Source: Chloroflexota bacterium | GTDB lineage: Bacteria > Chloroflexota > Anaerolineae > Promineifilales > Promineifilaceae | Length of the DNA: 64,000 nt | Direction: 5' to 3' | Assembly (NCBI GenBank): GCA_041390905.1 | Contig: JAWKPA010000012.1 | Location: forward strand, 63,216-127,215 | Shown here: piece after piece, positions 19,590 through 28,767 of the stretch | How the letters are laid out: each line of letters starts with the position of its first letter | Position numbering within the stretch: position 1 is the stretch's first letter | Position numbers and translations under genes: made by a program | Notes under the pieces: model-generated | Told to the model about the DNA's origin: nothing | Seen by the model: only the letters and a program-made list of their open reading frames with translations | Databases searched by the model: none

Positions 19590-19678
19590 AGGGCATTCTC
19601 ACTAATTGTGTTTTGCTGCATTGTACTGGGTTATAAACAAGAATTCTACCTTTCGCACACGCAGCCAAGCTCCAATCT

Positions 19679-21739
19679 CTAATCCCCAATCTTTCTGACC
19701 TGCCCCATAACAGACACATCATAACCGGGGAGAGCAGAAACGGCCGTTCTTACCTCCCCATCATGAAGCAAATCCAGCAGCGGCTTCAACTGTTCGCTTT
19801 CATAGTAGACGAGCGGGATCACCAGCTCATACTGCTCATGCGCCAGCGGCACAAAACCGAGGTTCAGCGCCCGCGCCGCCGCCTGAATCCCCAGCCCGGC
19901 ATCAGCCACGCCAGATGAAACCGCCGCTGCCACCGCCAAATGGGTATATTCCTCCCGCTCATAGCCACGCACCTGCGCCGGGTCAATCCCCCGCCGCCCC
20001 AGCTCATAATCCAGCAGCACCCGCGTGCCTGCCCCCCGCTGCCGGTTGACAAGCTGTATATCCGGGTTGGCCGCATCTTCCCAGCCCGCCAGCCGCTTGG
20101 GGTTGCCCGGCGGCACCATCCACCCTTGCTCCCGCCCCACCAGCGTCACCACCGCCACGGGCTGCCCCGGCAGATAGCGACGAATATAGCTGTCATTGTA
20201 AATCCCCGTTTCCGGGTCGAGCAGGTGCGAGCCAGCCAGATGTGCTTCGCCGCGCCGCAGGGCCACCAGCCCGCTTAGGCTGCCGACGTTGGCCGACATG
20301 AGACGAAAAACGGCCGTTTTTTCCGCCAAAAACTGAGCCAGCACATCCAGCGTCAAATCATGGCTGCCAATCGCCACAATCGTGCGCTCAATTTCCCTGG
20401 GCGTACGGTACAAATGCACCGTCACCGTCGCCCCGGCGTCTTCTCCTTCGCTAAAGCGGGGAATGCGAACAATCCCATCGGCTCGCACCAGCGAGGTGAT
20501 GACCCCCGCGCCGCGACTGATGGGGGTGGTCATGATGTTGTCGCCCACCTTGCCCACCGCCACCCGCACAAAGTCGTCGTCGCCAGTGTGGGAATTGATT
20601 TTGCGCGTTAGTCTGGCCTGAATCGTCGGCGGCTCATACGCCAGCCGCCCCTGCCACCGTGCCAGCAGCGGCTCGACAAAGATTTCGCCGGTGAGGGCGG
20701 CACTAACGGGGTAGCCGGGTACGCCGATGATGGGGGTGGTGTGGGGTGTGGGGTGTGGGGAGATTGGAGATTGGTTATTGGAGATTGGAGATTGGGAGGT
20801 TTCTAATCTCCAATCTCCAATCTCCAATAACCCAATGATAACGGGGTGGCCGGGGCGGACGGCCACGCCGTGTACCAGCAGTTGGCCGAGTGATTGGACA
20901 ACGTGGGCGGTGTAATCTTCGCTGCCGGCCGATGACCCGGCGTTGAGCAGAATGAGGTCGTGGGTTTGGGCGGCTTCACGAACGGCCGTTTGAATCGCCC
21001 CAAACGCATCCGGCACAATCGGCCAGCGGGTGGGCAACCCGCCCCAGTTGGCAACCTGCGCCGCCAGCACAATGCTGTTGTATTCGATGATTTGGCCGGA
21101 AGCGATGCCCGCAGAAACGGCCGTTTCCGCTGAGATTAGCTCCGACCCCGTGGGAATAATCGCCACTCGCGGCTGCCGGTAAACCGTCACCGTGGCATGA
21201 CCCGACCCCGCCAACGCTCCCAAATCCACTGGCCGCAGCTTGTGGTTGGCAGGCAGCACCAGCTCCGTCGCCACCATGTCCTCGCCCATGGGGCGCACGT
21301 GGTGCCACGGCGGCAGTGCCGCCCGAATCTGGATGCCGGGGGTGCCGTCGGGCAGCGTCACCGGCTCGGTGTGTTCAATCATCACCACGGCGTTGGCCCA
21401 ATCGGGCAGCGGGTGGCCGGTGTTGACGGCCTGAATGGGACGCGTTACGCTGTCGGGCGGGGTGTCTTTGTCAATGAGATTGAGCGTCAGGGGAGTGGTT
21501 TCGCTCGCTCCCACTGTGTCCTGCGCCCGCATGGCGTAGCCGTCCATGGCGCTGGCGTGGTAGTGGGGGGCGGATAGTTTGGCAAAAACGGCCGTTGCGG
21601 TTAAACGGCCGTTGGCCTCCGCCACCGGAATCGTCTCGCTGCCCAATGGCCGCCACAAATCGGCCGCCTCTAACGCCGTCCGCAGCGCCGCCTGCGCCTC
21701 GTCCAGCGGAATGTCCTCAAGGTAGATATGTCTTTTCAT
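19679..21739 (-). CDS. moeA: molybdopterin molybdotransferase MoeA fused to a C-terminal PBP-like (periplasmic-binding-fold) domain; contains an in-frame repeat insertion
   Basis: MoeA N-terminal and MPT-binding domains (…HGVAVRPGHPVIIGLL / IIGVPGYPVSAALTGEIFVEPLL). The C-terminal approximately 260 aa resemble the PBP_like domain commonly fused to MoeA. Confidence 0.8.
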   Translation of the reverse strand: MKRHIYLEDIPLDEAQAALRTALEAADLWRPLGSETIPVAEANGRLTATAVFAKLSAPHYHASAMDGYAMRAQDTVGASETTPLTLNLIDKDTPPDSVTRPIQAVNTGHPLPDWANAVVMIEHTEPVTLPDGTPGIQIRAALPPWHHVRPMGEDMVATELVLPANHKLRPVDLGALAGSGHATVTVYRQPRVAIIPTGSELISAETAVSAGIASGQIIEYNSIVLAAQVANWGGLPTRWPIVPDAFGAIQTAVREAAQTHDLILLNAGSSAGSEDYTAHVVQSLGQLLVHGVAVRPGHPVIIGLLEIGDWRLETSQSPISNNQSPISPHPTPHTTPIIGVPGYPVSAALTGEIFVEPLLARWQGRLAYEPPTIQARLTRKINSHTGDDDFVRVAVGKVGDNIMTTPISRGAGVITSLVRADGIVRIPRFSEGEDAGATVTVHLYRTPREIERTIVAIGSHDLTLDVLAQFLAEKTAVFRLMSANVGSLSGLVALRRGEAHLAGSHLLDPETGIYNDSYIRRYLPGQPVAVVTLVGREQGWMVPPGNPKRLAGWEDAANPDIQLVNRQRGAGTRVLLDYELGRRGIDPAQVRGYEREEYTHLAVAAAVSSGVADAGLGIQAAARALNLGFVPLAHEQYELVIPLVYYESEQLKPLLDLLHDGEVRTAVSALPGYDVSVMGQVRKIGD
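20727..20836. repeat. composite heptamer hairpin element (GGGGTGT x3 plus GGAGATT arrays) inserted in frame inside moeA
   Basis: ggtggtgtggggtgtggggtgtggggagattggagattggttattggagattggagattgggaggtttctaatctccaatctccaatctccaataacc. Translated within MoeA as LEIGDWRLETSQSPISNNQSPISPHPTPHTTP. Confidence 0.8.
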
Positions 21740-21814
21740 GCTGCATGAATATAATGAGTTTTGGTATACTTGCCCATCTCATTCTGGATTTTACCAGATT
21801 GATGTTTAAGATTT

Positions 21815-22018
21815 GAACCGCAGAGTTCGCAGAGGGCGCAAAGACAGAGAAGTTGGATACGGATAAAAACAATGAGCCAGTAAGTGAGATTGTAATAAGT
21901 TACAAGAGATTGGAGATTAGAGATTAGAAACGAGCCAATCTCCAATCTCTAATCTCCATTTTGTATATCTAACCTTCCTTCCTAAACCTCCGCGCTCTTT
22001 GCGCCCTCTGCGGTAAAT
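21815..22018. repeat. nested element: outer IR (CCGCAGAGGGCGCAAAGA ... TCTTTGCGCCCTCTGCGG) enclosing a GGAGATT-type heptamer hairpin (21893-21958)
   Basis: Lies between the divergent moeA and DUF4956 gene starts. The outer arms match the element at 345-470. Confidence 0.6.
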
Positions 22019-22026
22019 TGTAAAGA

Positions 22027-22698
22027 ATGCAAGATTTGCTTAACCTCAACAACCCGGCTCCGCTCCGTCTAGACTATCTGGCAATCAACATGCTGCTGGG
22101 CATTGCCCTTGCCAGCATCCTGGCCTGGTTTTATGCCCGCTACGGCCAATCCCTCTCCAACCGCGCCAAATTTGCCAACATGCTGCCCGTGCTGGCTCTT
22201 GTCACCATCCTCATTATTTCCGTCGTCAAATCATCGCTGGCACTGTCGTTAGGGCTGGTGGGGGCACTCTCTATTGTCCGTTTTCGCACCGCCATCAAGG
22301 AACCCGAAGAGCTGATTTACCTCTTCACCGCCATTGCCATTGGCCTGGGGTTGGGGGCTGACCAGCGCTGGCCGACGGTGGTGGCAATTGCCATCATTCT
22401 GGCCTACCTCTATGTGCGTACCTTGCTTACTCCCCAGGCGCAAAAAAACAACCTCTATCTCAGCCTGTCCACACCCGATGAGGCGACCACCTTTGCCGAC
22501 ATCAACGCTCTGCTGAGGGAACACACTGCCGCTGCCGAACTGCGCCGTTTAGACCATATCAACGGCACGCTCCATGCCACCTATCTGGTTAACTGCCGCG
22601 ACAACAATGCTTTGGCTGCGCTGCTGGACGCGCTGAAAGCGCAGCAACCGGAGGCAGAGTTTAGCTTTGTGGAGCAGGACAACACCCTGGGCGCGTAG
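22027..22698 (+). CDS. DUF4956-like membrane protein
   Basis: 223 aa with 4 TM helices. This family is typically encoded next to CotH-family proteins. Confidence 0.6.
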   Translation: MQDLLNLNNPAPLRLDYLAINMLLGIALASILAWFYARYGQSLSNRAKFANMLPVLALVTILIISVVKSSLALSLGLVGALSIVRFRTAIKEPEELIYLFTAIAIGLGLGADQRWPTVVAIAIILAYLYVRTLLTPQAQKNNLYLSLSTPDEATTFADINALLREHTAAAELRRLDHINGTLHATYLVNCRDNNALAALLDALKAQQPEAEFSFVEQDNTLGA

Positions 22699-22728
22699 TC
22701 GCGTAGTCGCGTAGGTGCATAGCGGGCG

Positions 22729-24348
22729 ATGAACATCCACCCCCCTGACAAATCAACATGGTTGCGCCGCGCCGGGCTGTGGCTTGTTGCCAGCCTGCTG
22801 TTTTTGCTGGGTCTGACGGTGGGCAACCCCAACTGGGTGGGGGATGCGCGTGCCAATTTGCCCAGCGCGGCGATAGTGCAGGGGTGGGTGCAGCCGCCGG
22901 CCGACCTGCCCCTGCTGACCATTGACATGCCATTTGCCAATTACAACCTGCTGCTGGAAAAACGAACGGCCGCTTTTGCCACCGGTGCCGTTCTCGCAAC
23001 CCCCACCGATTTTGTCAACGCCGACATCCGCCTGACGCAAAACGGGCAGACAACCACGGTTCCCGTGCGACTGCGGCTGCGCCAGGGGCCGGCCGACTGG
23101 CTGACCGAAGGGGGCAAATGGGCGTTTGATGGGCAGACGCGGCAGGGTACGACCCTGCTTGGGCAACAGCAGTTTAGCCTGCAAGACCCGGCCACCAACG
23201 GCTGGCTGGATCAATGGCTGTTTACCGAGTCGCTGGCCGAGGCGGGGCTTTTGGCGGCGCGGCAGCAGTTTGTGCAGCTTGTTTTTAATGGCGAAGCCAA
23301 AGGCATTTACGCCCTGCAAACGCAAATGGATCTGCCTGCGCTGGCGGCACAGGGGCGCGCGCCGGGGGCGGTGGTGGGGTTTGACACGGCGCGGCTGTGG
23401 CTGGCACGGGGGCAATTTGAGGGGGATTGGGTGGCGGCGTTGGCTGACCCGGCGGCCAATATGTCGCTGGATGATTACCGACTGCTAGAGGTGGCGGCGA
23501 CGCCTGACTCGGAGCTGGCGCAGGATGACATTTTGACGGCACAGTTTACGACGGCGGTAGGGTGGCTGCGACAAATGCAGCGCGGGGAAATTGCGCCAGC
23601 GGAGGTGGTTGAGGCGGCGCAGTATGGGGCGTTTTTGGCGCATGTGGATTTGTGGGGGGCGATGGGGGCGGTGTCGCTGCTGAACGTGCAGTTTTATGTG
23701 AACCCGACGACGGGGCGGCTGGAGCCAATTGCGGGAAATGGCAGCCCGCTGGCCGACCCGGAAGCGCGAATTCAGCCGGTTCATTTTTTTAATGATCCGC
23801 TGATTGCGGCGGGGTATGTGCAAACGGCCGTTTCCCTCACCGACCCCGCCTATGTTGACCAGCTTGAGGCCAGCTATGGGGCAGCGTGGGCGCAGCTCAA
23901 TAAAGCGGTTGCCGGAGAGGCGACGCTGGAACCGCCCTGGGCCGCTTTGCGGCAGCGGCAAGAACTGCTGCGGCGCACGCTGGAGCCAGTGGAACCGGTG
24001 CTGGCGTATCTGGGGCCACCGTCAGCGACGGCGGAGGGGGTGGTGGAAATTGCGCTGGCGAACCGGCTGGCGGTGCCGCAAGAGCTTTTGGGGGTGCAGT
24101 TTGGTGAGTCGCTGTTTTTGCCGATGGACGGGGCGTGGGTGCAGGAAGGGGAGGTTGTGGGGGAAAACGGCCGTTTTCTCCTTTCGGCCACCCCACCAGA
24201 CAGCTTCCCCCGCTATTACCAGCTTCGCATCCCTCTCACCGCGCTGCAAAACGCCAACCTCGACGACCTGCGCTCGTTTGATGTGCTGGTGGTGACGCGG
24301 TTGGTGGGGATGGAAAACGGCCGTTTGTTTTCCCGCGCCCACCCCTAA
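22729..24348 (+). CDS. CotH kinase-family protein (secreted or membrane-anchored)
   Basis: N-terminal signal/TM segment. CotH core motif region DPATNGWLDQWLFTESLAEAGLLAARQQFVQLVFNGEAKGIYALQTQMD. Confidence 0.6.
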   Translation: MNIHPPDKSTWLRRAGLWLVASLLFLLGLTVGNPNWVGDARANLPSAAIVQGWVQPPADLPLLTIDMPFANYNLLLEKRTAAFATGAVLATPTDFVNADIRLTQNGQTTTVPVRLRLRQGPADWLTEGGKWAFDGQTRQGTTLLGQQQFSLQDPATNGWLDQWLFTESLAEAGLLAARQQFVQLVFNGEAKGIYALQTQMDLPALAAQGRAPGAVVGFDTARLWLARGQFEGDWVAALADPAANMSLDDYRLLEVAATPDSELAQDDILTAQFTTAVGWLRQMQRGEIAPAEVVEAAQYGAFLAHVDLWGAMGAVSLLNVQFYVNPTTGRLEPIAGNGSPLADPEARIQPVHFFNDPLIAAGYVQTAVSLTDPAYVDQLEASYGAAWAQLNKAVAGEATLEPPWAALRQRQELLRRTLEPVEPVLAYLGPPSATAEGVVEIALANRLAVPQELLGVQFGESLFLPMDGAWVQEGEVVGENGRFLLSATPPDSFPRYYQLRIPLTALQNANLDDLRSFDVLVVTRLVGMENGRLFSRAHP

Positions 24349-25460
24349 CCCGTAGGCATGTTGTGTTCAAGCTCATGTTCTTCCAGCTTGAATGTGTCCC
24401 TGACGACTGCATACGGCGAATGGTTGGAAACGGCCGTTAATCCCCCCATTTCCCTCACTGCTTCTTGTTTAGGAGCCATTTGCAGCACACACGATGCCCA
24501 CGTCAACCCGGCACCGAAGCTGACCAGCATCAGCTTGTCTTCCGGCTTAATTTTACCTTCGGCAATGGCATCGCAAATTGCCAGCGGAATAGAAGCTGCC
24601 GACGTATTGCCATAACGCTCCACCACGGTGATAAAACGCGACAGCGGCAAATCCATATCCCGCGCCGCCGCCTGAATGATGCGCAAGTTGGCTTGGTGCG
24701 GCACAATCCAATCAATATCATCCAACGTCATCCCCGCCTTTGCCAACGACCGATAGCAGCTTTGCCCCAGCACACGGGAAGCGAATTTGAACACTTCGCT
24801 GCCATTCATTCGCAAGTAATGACGGCCGGCGGCAAAGGTATCGGCTCCCACCGGCTCCACCGCCCCACCAGCCGGAACGATAATTTTGTCATAGCCGCTG
24901 CCATCGGAGCCAAGGTCAAAGCCAAACAAACCACATGGTTCGTCGCACGCTTCCATCACCATGGCCGCTGCGGCATCGCCAAACAGCACGCAGGTGGAGC
25001 GATCTGTCCAGTCAAGTGCCCGGCTAATAATTTCGGAACCAATAATTAAAATGGTGCGATAGGCTCCCGTGCTAATAAATTGCTGCGCCACGCTCAGAGC
25101 ATACACAAAGCCCGTACAACCCGTGGTCAGCACAAAAGCTGGCACATTATATGCCCCCAGCATGTGCTGCACCTGGCTGGATGTGGGTGGCGTAACATAA
25201 TCCTGGAAGGTCGTGGCGTGTATGATTAAATCAAGGTCGGTGGCGTGTAAATTGGCTTTATCCAGTGCCGCCTGCGCCGCCGCCACAGACATGGTGGCGT
25301 TTGTGTCTTCTGACCCAACCACATGGCGCTGATGAATCCCCGTGCGGCGAACAATCCATTCGTGGCTAGTATCAACGATTTTCTCTAAATCGGCGTTTGT
25401 GATGATGTGTGGCGGCGTGTATGACCCCCAACCCGTGATTCGACCATATTGTTTTTGCAT
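24345..25460 (-). CDS. fabH: 3-oxoacyl-ACP synthase III (FabH/KAS III-like) with a C-terminal extension
   Basis: YGRITGWGSYTPP..., active-site Cys context TTGCTGFVYAL, and His/Asn region VPHQANLRII. GGAGG lies 5 nt upstream of the ATG (cat 25458-25460). Confidence 0.85.
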   Translation of the reverse strand: MQKQYGRITGWGSYTPPHIITNADLEKIVDTSHEWIVRRTGIHQRHVVGSEDTNATMSVAAAQAALDKANLHATDLDLIIHATTFQDYVTPPTSSQVQHMLGAYNVPAFVLTTGCTGFVYALSVAQQFISTGAYRTILIIGSEIISRALDWTDRSTCVLFGDAAAAMVMEACDEPCGLFGFDLGSDGSGYDKIIVPAGGAVEPVGADTFAAGRHYLRMNGSEVFKFASRVLGQSCYRSLAKAGMTLDDIDWIVPHQANLRIIQAAARDMDLPLSRFITVVERYGNTSAASIPLAICDAIAEGKIKPEDKLMLVSFGAGLTWASCVLQMAPKQEAVREMGGLTAVSNHSPYAVVRDTFKLEEHELEHNMPTG

Positions 25461-25552
25461 CGCGTCCTCCAAAATTCTTCATGCTGAAAGAGTTAAACAC
25501 TCTCCTGGCAAAATCGTCACGGGAATTGGGGTATTGATGTGGAAAAAGAAAC

Positions 25553-25612
25553 AAGAAGAGGCTTGGAGATTGATAGAGGTTCACAATCTCCAACCCTCAA
25601 TCGCTAATCTCC
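25553..25612. repeat. heptamer-tandem hairpin element (GGAGATT type)
   Basis: ggcttggagattgatagaggttcacaatctccaaccctcaatcgctaatctcc. Sits at the 3' end of the M20 peptidase gene. Confidence 0.7.
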
Positions 25613-26869
25613 AGGTGCCTCATAGCCACAAAAGCGCAAAATCGTCAGGGCTAACGTGCGGGTAACTGTTTTTAAATCTTCGATGGGGACAAACTCATCG
25701 GGCTGATGAGCGTGGCGCACATCGCCGGGGCCAAACATGACGGTGGGGGTGTAGCCGTCGTTGACCAGCAGCCGCATGTCAGCGCCGTAGGTCATGCCCT
25801 GAATGCGGGCGGGTTGGCTGGTGATGGTGTTGAAGGCGTGGGTAACGGCCGTTAATATCCCCTCATCTTCCGCAATCCGCGCCGGGGCAAACTGCCCACC
25901 CCACCAAACCACCATCGGCGGATGCTCCCGCAGCCACGGATCCGCCTGCGCCGCCGCCGCCACCGTTTCCTCAAACAACCGCCGCGCCGCCGCCACATCC
26001 TGCCCCACGGCAATGCCAAATCGCCCTTCAAACGTCAGGCTCTCCGCCACCGTTGAAGCCCAGCTACCCGCCTGAATCGTCCCCACGCACAGCGGATAGG
26101 GCAAATCATAGGCGGCGTAGTAGGGATCATCAAACGACTCGTTTTGCTGTTTTTCCAGAGCCATCAAGGCCGCATAAATCGGCATAAACTTCTCAATGGC
26201 GCTCACCCCTTCCGTGCGCATGGCACCGTGGGCAGCACGGCCAGGAATGGTAATGCGAAAGTTAAGTGCCCCCGCCTGCGCCGGAGCCACCATCAACTCA
26301 GTTGGCTCCATGATAATCGCCCCATCGGCCTTGTAGCCCCGCGCCACCGCCGCCAGCGTCCCCACGCCACCGTCTTCTTCACCAATGACGCTTTGGATCA
26401 TCAGCTTGCCGCGCAGTGCCACCCCGACATCGAGAATGGCTTTGGCGGCAAAGAGGGCGCAGCACAGCCCACCCTTCATGTCCAGTGCCCCGCGCCCGTA
26501 AACGTTGCCGTTGGCAATGGTTCCTTGCCACGGTGGCACTGTCCAGTTTGCCAGCTCACCGGCCGGCACCACGTCGGTGTGGCCGTTGAGGATGAGCGAT
26601 TTGCCCACGTCGCCGCCCATGATCCCCACCACCCCCAGGCCATGCTCGCGCTCCACTTCCACGCAAAAGGAGGGGTGCTGGCTAAGGGCAGCAAAATCGA
26701 GTTCCCAGGCATCTACCTCTAACCCAATGGCCTGCATTTTGGCGGCAACGTGCTGCTGAACGGCCGTTTCCTCCCCATCCAAACTCCGCACGGCCACCAG
26801 TTCGCACAGGTAAGCCAACATGTCATCAAAATTAATGGCGTCCAGGACGCGCTGTTCTGTTTTGTTCAT
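25604..26869 (-). CDS. M20 family metallopeptidase (ArgE/DapE/CPG2-like)
   Basis: LNGHTDVVP ... GRGALDMKGG ... SVIGEEDGG motifs. Confidence 0.85.
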   Translation of the reverse strand: MNKTEQRVLDAINFDDMLAYLCELVAVRSLDGEETAVQQHVAAKMQAIGLEVDAWELDFAALSQHPSFCVEVEREHGLGVVGIMGGDVGKSLILNGHTDVVPAGELANWTVPPWQGTIANGNVYGRGALDMKGGLCCALFAAKAILDVGVALRGKLMIQSVIGEEDGGVGTLAAVARGYKADGAIIMEPTELMVAPAQAGALNFRITIPGRAAHGAMRTEGVSAIEKFMPIYAALMALEKQQNESFDDPYYAAYDLPYPLCVGTIQAGSWASTVAESLTFEGRFGIAVGQDVAAARRLFEETVAAAAQADPWLREHPPMVVWWGGQFAPARIAEDEGILTAVTHAFNTITSQPARIQGMTYGADMRLLVNDGYTPTVMFGPGDVRHAHQPDEFVPIEDLKTVTRTLALTILRFCGYEAPGD

Positions 26870-26872
26870 CTT

Positions 26873-27238
26873 TTAGACCAGTTCATAAGGTTGAATGAGA
26901 ACGTTTGCCGGAATACCCAGTTCTGCTTGTAGATTGCGAATCATGCGTAAAGATAACGGCCGTTTGCGTCCCAGCACTTCTGACACCCGTGCCCTGCTGC
27001 CTAACAACGGTTCAATATCCTGCCGCGTTAGCCCACGACTCTCCATATAATACTCAATGGCCGCAACCGGATCAGGTGGATAAATCGGATACTCCCGTTG
27101 CTCATAGGCTTCCACCAATGTCGTCAAAACATCTAACATATCGGCTTCTTCACTGCCAATGTTTGCATCAAACAAGCGCTCAATTTGTGCTAATGCAGCC
27201 TGATAGTCACGCTCACTCCGAATTGGTTTAACTTGCAT
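26873..27238 (-). CDS. higA: HigA-like antitoxin (XRE-family HTH)
   Basis: 121 aa. The C-terminal HTH (LTRQDIEPLLGSRARVSEVL) is typical of HigA. Lies 9 nt downstream of the toxin gene. Confidence 0.7.
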   Translation of the reverse strand: MQVKPIRSERDYQAALAQIERLFDANIGSEEADMLDVLTTLVEAYEQREYPIYPPDPVAAIEYYMESRGLTRQDIEPLLGSRARVSEVLGRKRPLSLRMIRNLQAELGIPANVLIQPYELV

Positions 27239-27247
27239 TAAATACCC

Positions 27248-27541
27248 TCAAATGGTTGTTGCATCAACCTCATCATATTCCGCATGTATACCGACAAAGC
27301 GAATAAACACAATACCCAAATCATAGCGAATCATCACAATGAGCCGATAATGATTGCCCTTGATGTTAAACACGACGCGATTGTTTGGTAAGATACTGGC
27401 GTTGCGATACACGGCTTTAATTTCTGTTGGAGACCGCCAATTGGCATTCCTGGTGTCATCATACCAAGCTCGCAGCGGTTGTTCTGCATCAGAATGCTTC
27501 TCCCAAAAATCGCGTAATGTTTTACGGGCTATAATGCTCAT
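27248..27541 (-). CDS. higB: HigB-family toxin (RelE/ParE superfamily mRNA interferase)
   Basis: 97 aa. KGNHYRLIVMIRYDLGIVFIRFVGIHAEYD is typical of HigB 'killer' proteins. A TATAAT lies immediately upstream. Lower GC. Confidence 0.7.
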   Translation of the reverse strand: MSIIARKTLRDFWEKHSDAEQPLRAWYDDTRNANWRSPTEIKAVYRNASILPNNRVVFNIKGNHYRLIVMIRYDLGIVFIRFVGIHAEYDEVDATTI

Positions 27542-27570
27542 TCGTTATTATAAAGGTTCCCGTTTTGGGA

Positions 27571-28446
27571 TCAAGGGGTTTCCCCTCGTAAAATTGGTCG
27601 TGTCAGGCACGTTGCCCCGCCTTCAGCCTTCAGCGAAATCTCGTTGCCCTTGTATGTTTGCACCATACAGCCGGCCGCTTCCAGCCGCTCCCGCGTCACC
27701 GGGTTGCCTTCCAGCATAATACACTGCCCCGGAGCCACCGCCAGCACATTTGGCCCCATCGTCAAAAACTCCTCATCTGGCACCTCCACCAGGCGGAAAC
27801 CACGATCTTTCAGCATTTGCCAAAACGGCACCGGCATCAGCGGCAAATAAACCACCGCCACATCTACATCCACAATGCTGATAAACGACATCAGATGCAA
27901 ACACGCCTCCGGCCCCTGATAGTAGGCCAGTTCCACCGGCACAACCTCCACACCCAGTGGCGTTAACGCCTCGCGCAGTTGGCGTATTCCCTCCTTGTTG
28001 GTACGAAAGCCTAGCCCTGCTGCTAATGTTTTCTCATCCACCCACAGCAAATCACCCCCTTCGGCCAGCGCGTCGCCGTGCAGCGTTGCTAAAATAGGAA
28101 TCCCCAGCGATTCATACACCCTGGCCTGCGCCACTTCCTCGCCACGCCGTAGCGGTTTGCCCATCTGCAAAATGATGGCTCCCTCATCGGTGACGATGGT
28201 GGGATCGTGGGTAAAAATGGCGTCGGCGTGGTTGGGCATTTCGGCCGGATGATAAACCACTTCCGCGCCAAATTGGTTGAGCAGTTGCACAAAAGCATCA
28301 TGTTCGGCCTGCGCTGCCGCCAAATTGGGCTGGCTGGTGTAGTGCCATTTTTGGGGGTCGGCACTGCCAAAGGCGACCGACGGCCGTTTTACCAGTACCG
28401 TCTGTAAAGGAGCCACCATACTCTGGCTACCATATCGTTTTGTCAT
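27571..28446 (-). CDS. dimethylarginine dimethylaminohydrolase (DDAH)-like amidinotransferase-superfamily enzyme
   Basis: Start MTKRYG with GGAG 8 nt upstream (cat 28444-28446). Conserved C-terminal Cys (GGATCLTRP), typical of DDAH/ADI enzymes. Confidence 0.7.
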   Translation of the reverse strand: MTKRYGSQSMVAPLQTVLVKRPSVAFGSADPQKWHYTSQPNLAAAQAEHDAFVQLLNQFGAEVVYHPAEMPNHADAIFTHDPTIVTDEGAIILQMGKPLRRGEEVAQARVYESLGIPILATLHGDALAEGGDLLWVDEKTLAAGLGFRTNKEGIRQLREALTPLGVEVVPVELAYYQGPEACLHLMSFISIVDVDVAVVYLPLMPVPFWQMLKDRGFRLVEVPDEEFLTMGPNVLAVAPGQCIMLEGNPVTRERLEAAGCMVQTYKGNEISLKAEGGATCLTRPILRGETP

Positions 28447-28575
28447 TTCATCCACTCCTTTTTTGTGCGGCATTATAACCCAATCAAGTTACCAGGTATA
28501 ACATGACAAGAGCCTCTTCCGAAGATGATAAAACGATGGCGGCAAGATGACAGGAATGGCAGCAAAGTGGAATAT

Positions 28576-28604
28576 ATTGACATTTTTCTAAAATATCTCT
28601 AATA
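28576..28604 (+). promoter_or_regulatory. near-consensus sigma70 promoter (TTGACA-17 nt-TAATAT)
   Basis: ttgacatttttctaaaatatctctaatat read directly from the sequence. Confidence 0.5.
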
Positions 28605-28730
28605 TACCCACATATGGGTGCTTGAGTGATAAGCTTTTCGGTACCCAAAGCCTGTTTCTCCTATACCGTGCCAACGGTTGGGGGGAGTCAAGTTTTCTTT
28701 AAGAAACGCGGATTAAATACGGGAGAAGTT

Positions 28731-28767
28731 CAACTTCTAAGAAAAAGTTGAACTTCTAACCCTAACG
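28731..28767. promoter_or_regulatory. pair of 15-bp palindromes AGAAGTTCAACTTCT / (a)AAGTTGAACTTCT (copy 1)
   Basis: A nearly identical pair occurs at 30963-31000. Both lie upstream of SPFH-family genes on the + strand. Confidence 0.45.

Noticed and set aside
22753-23415. 220-aa minus ORF
   Set aside because: Antisense to the CotH gene. Pro/Arg/Gln-rich.
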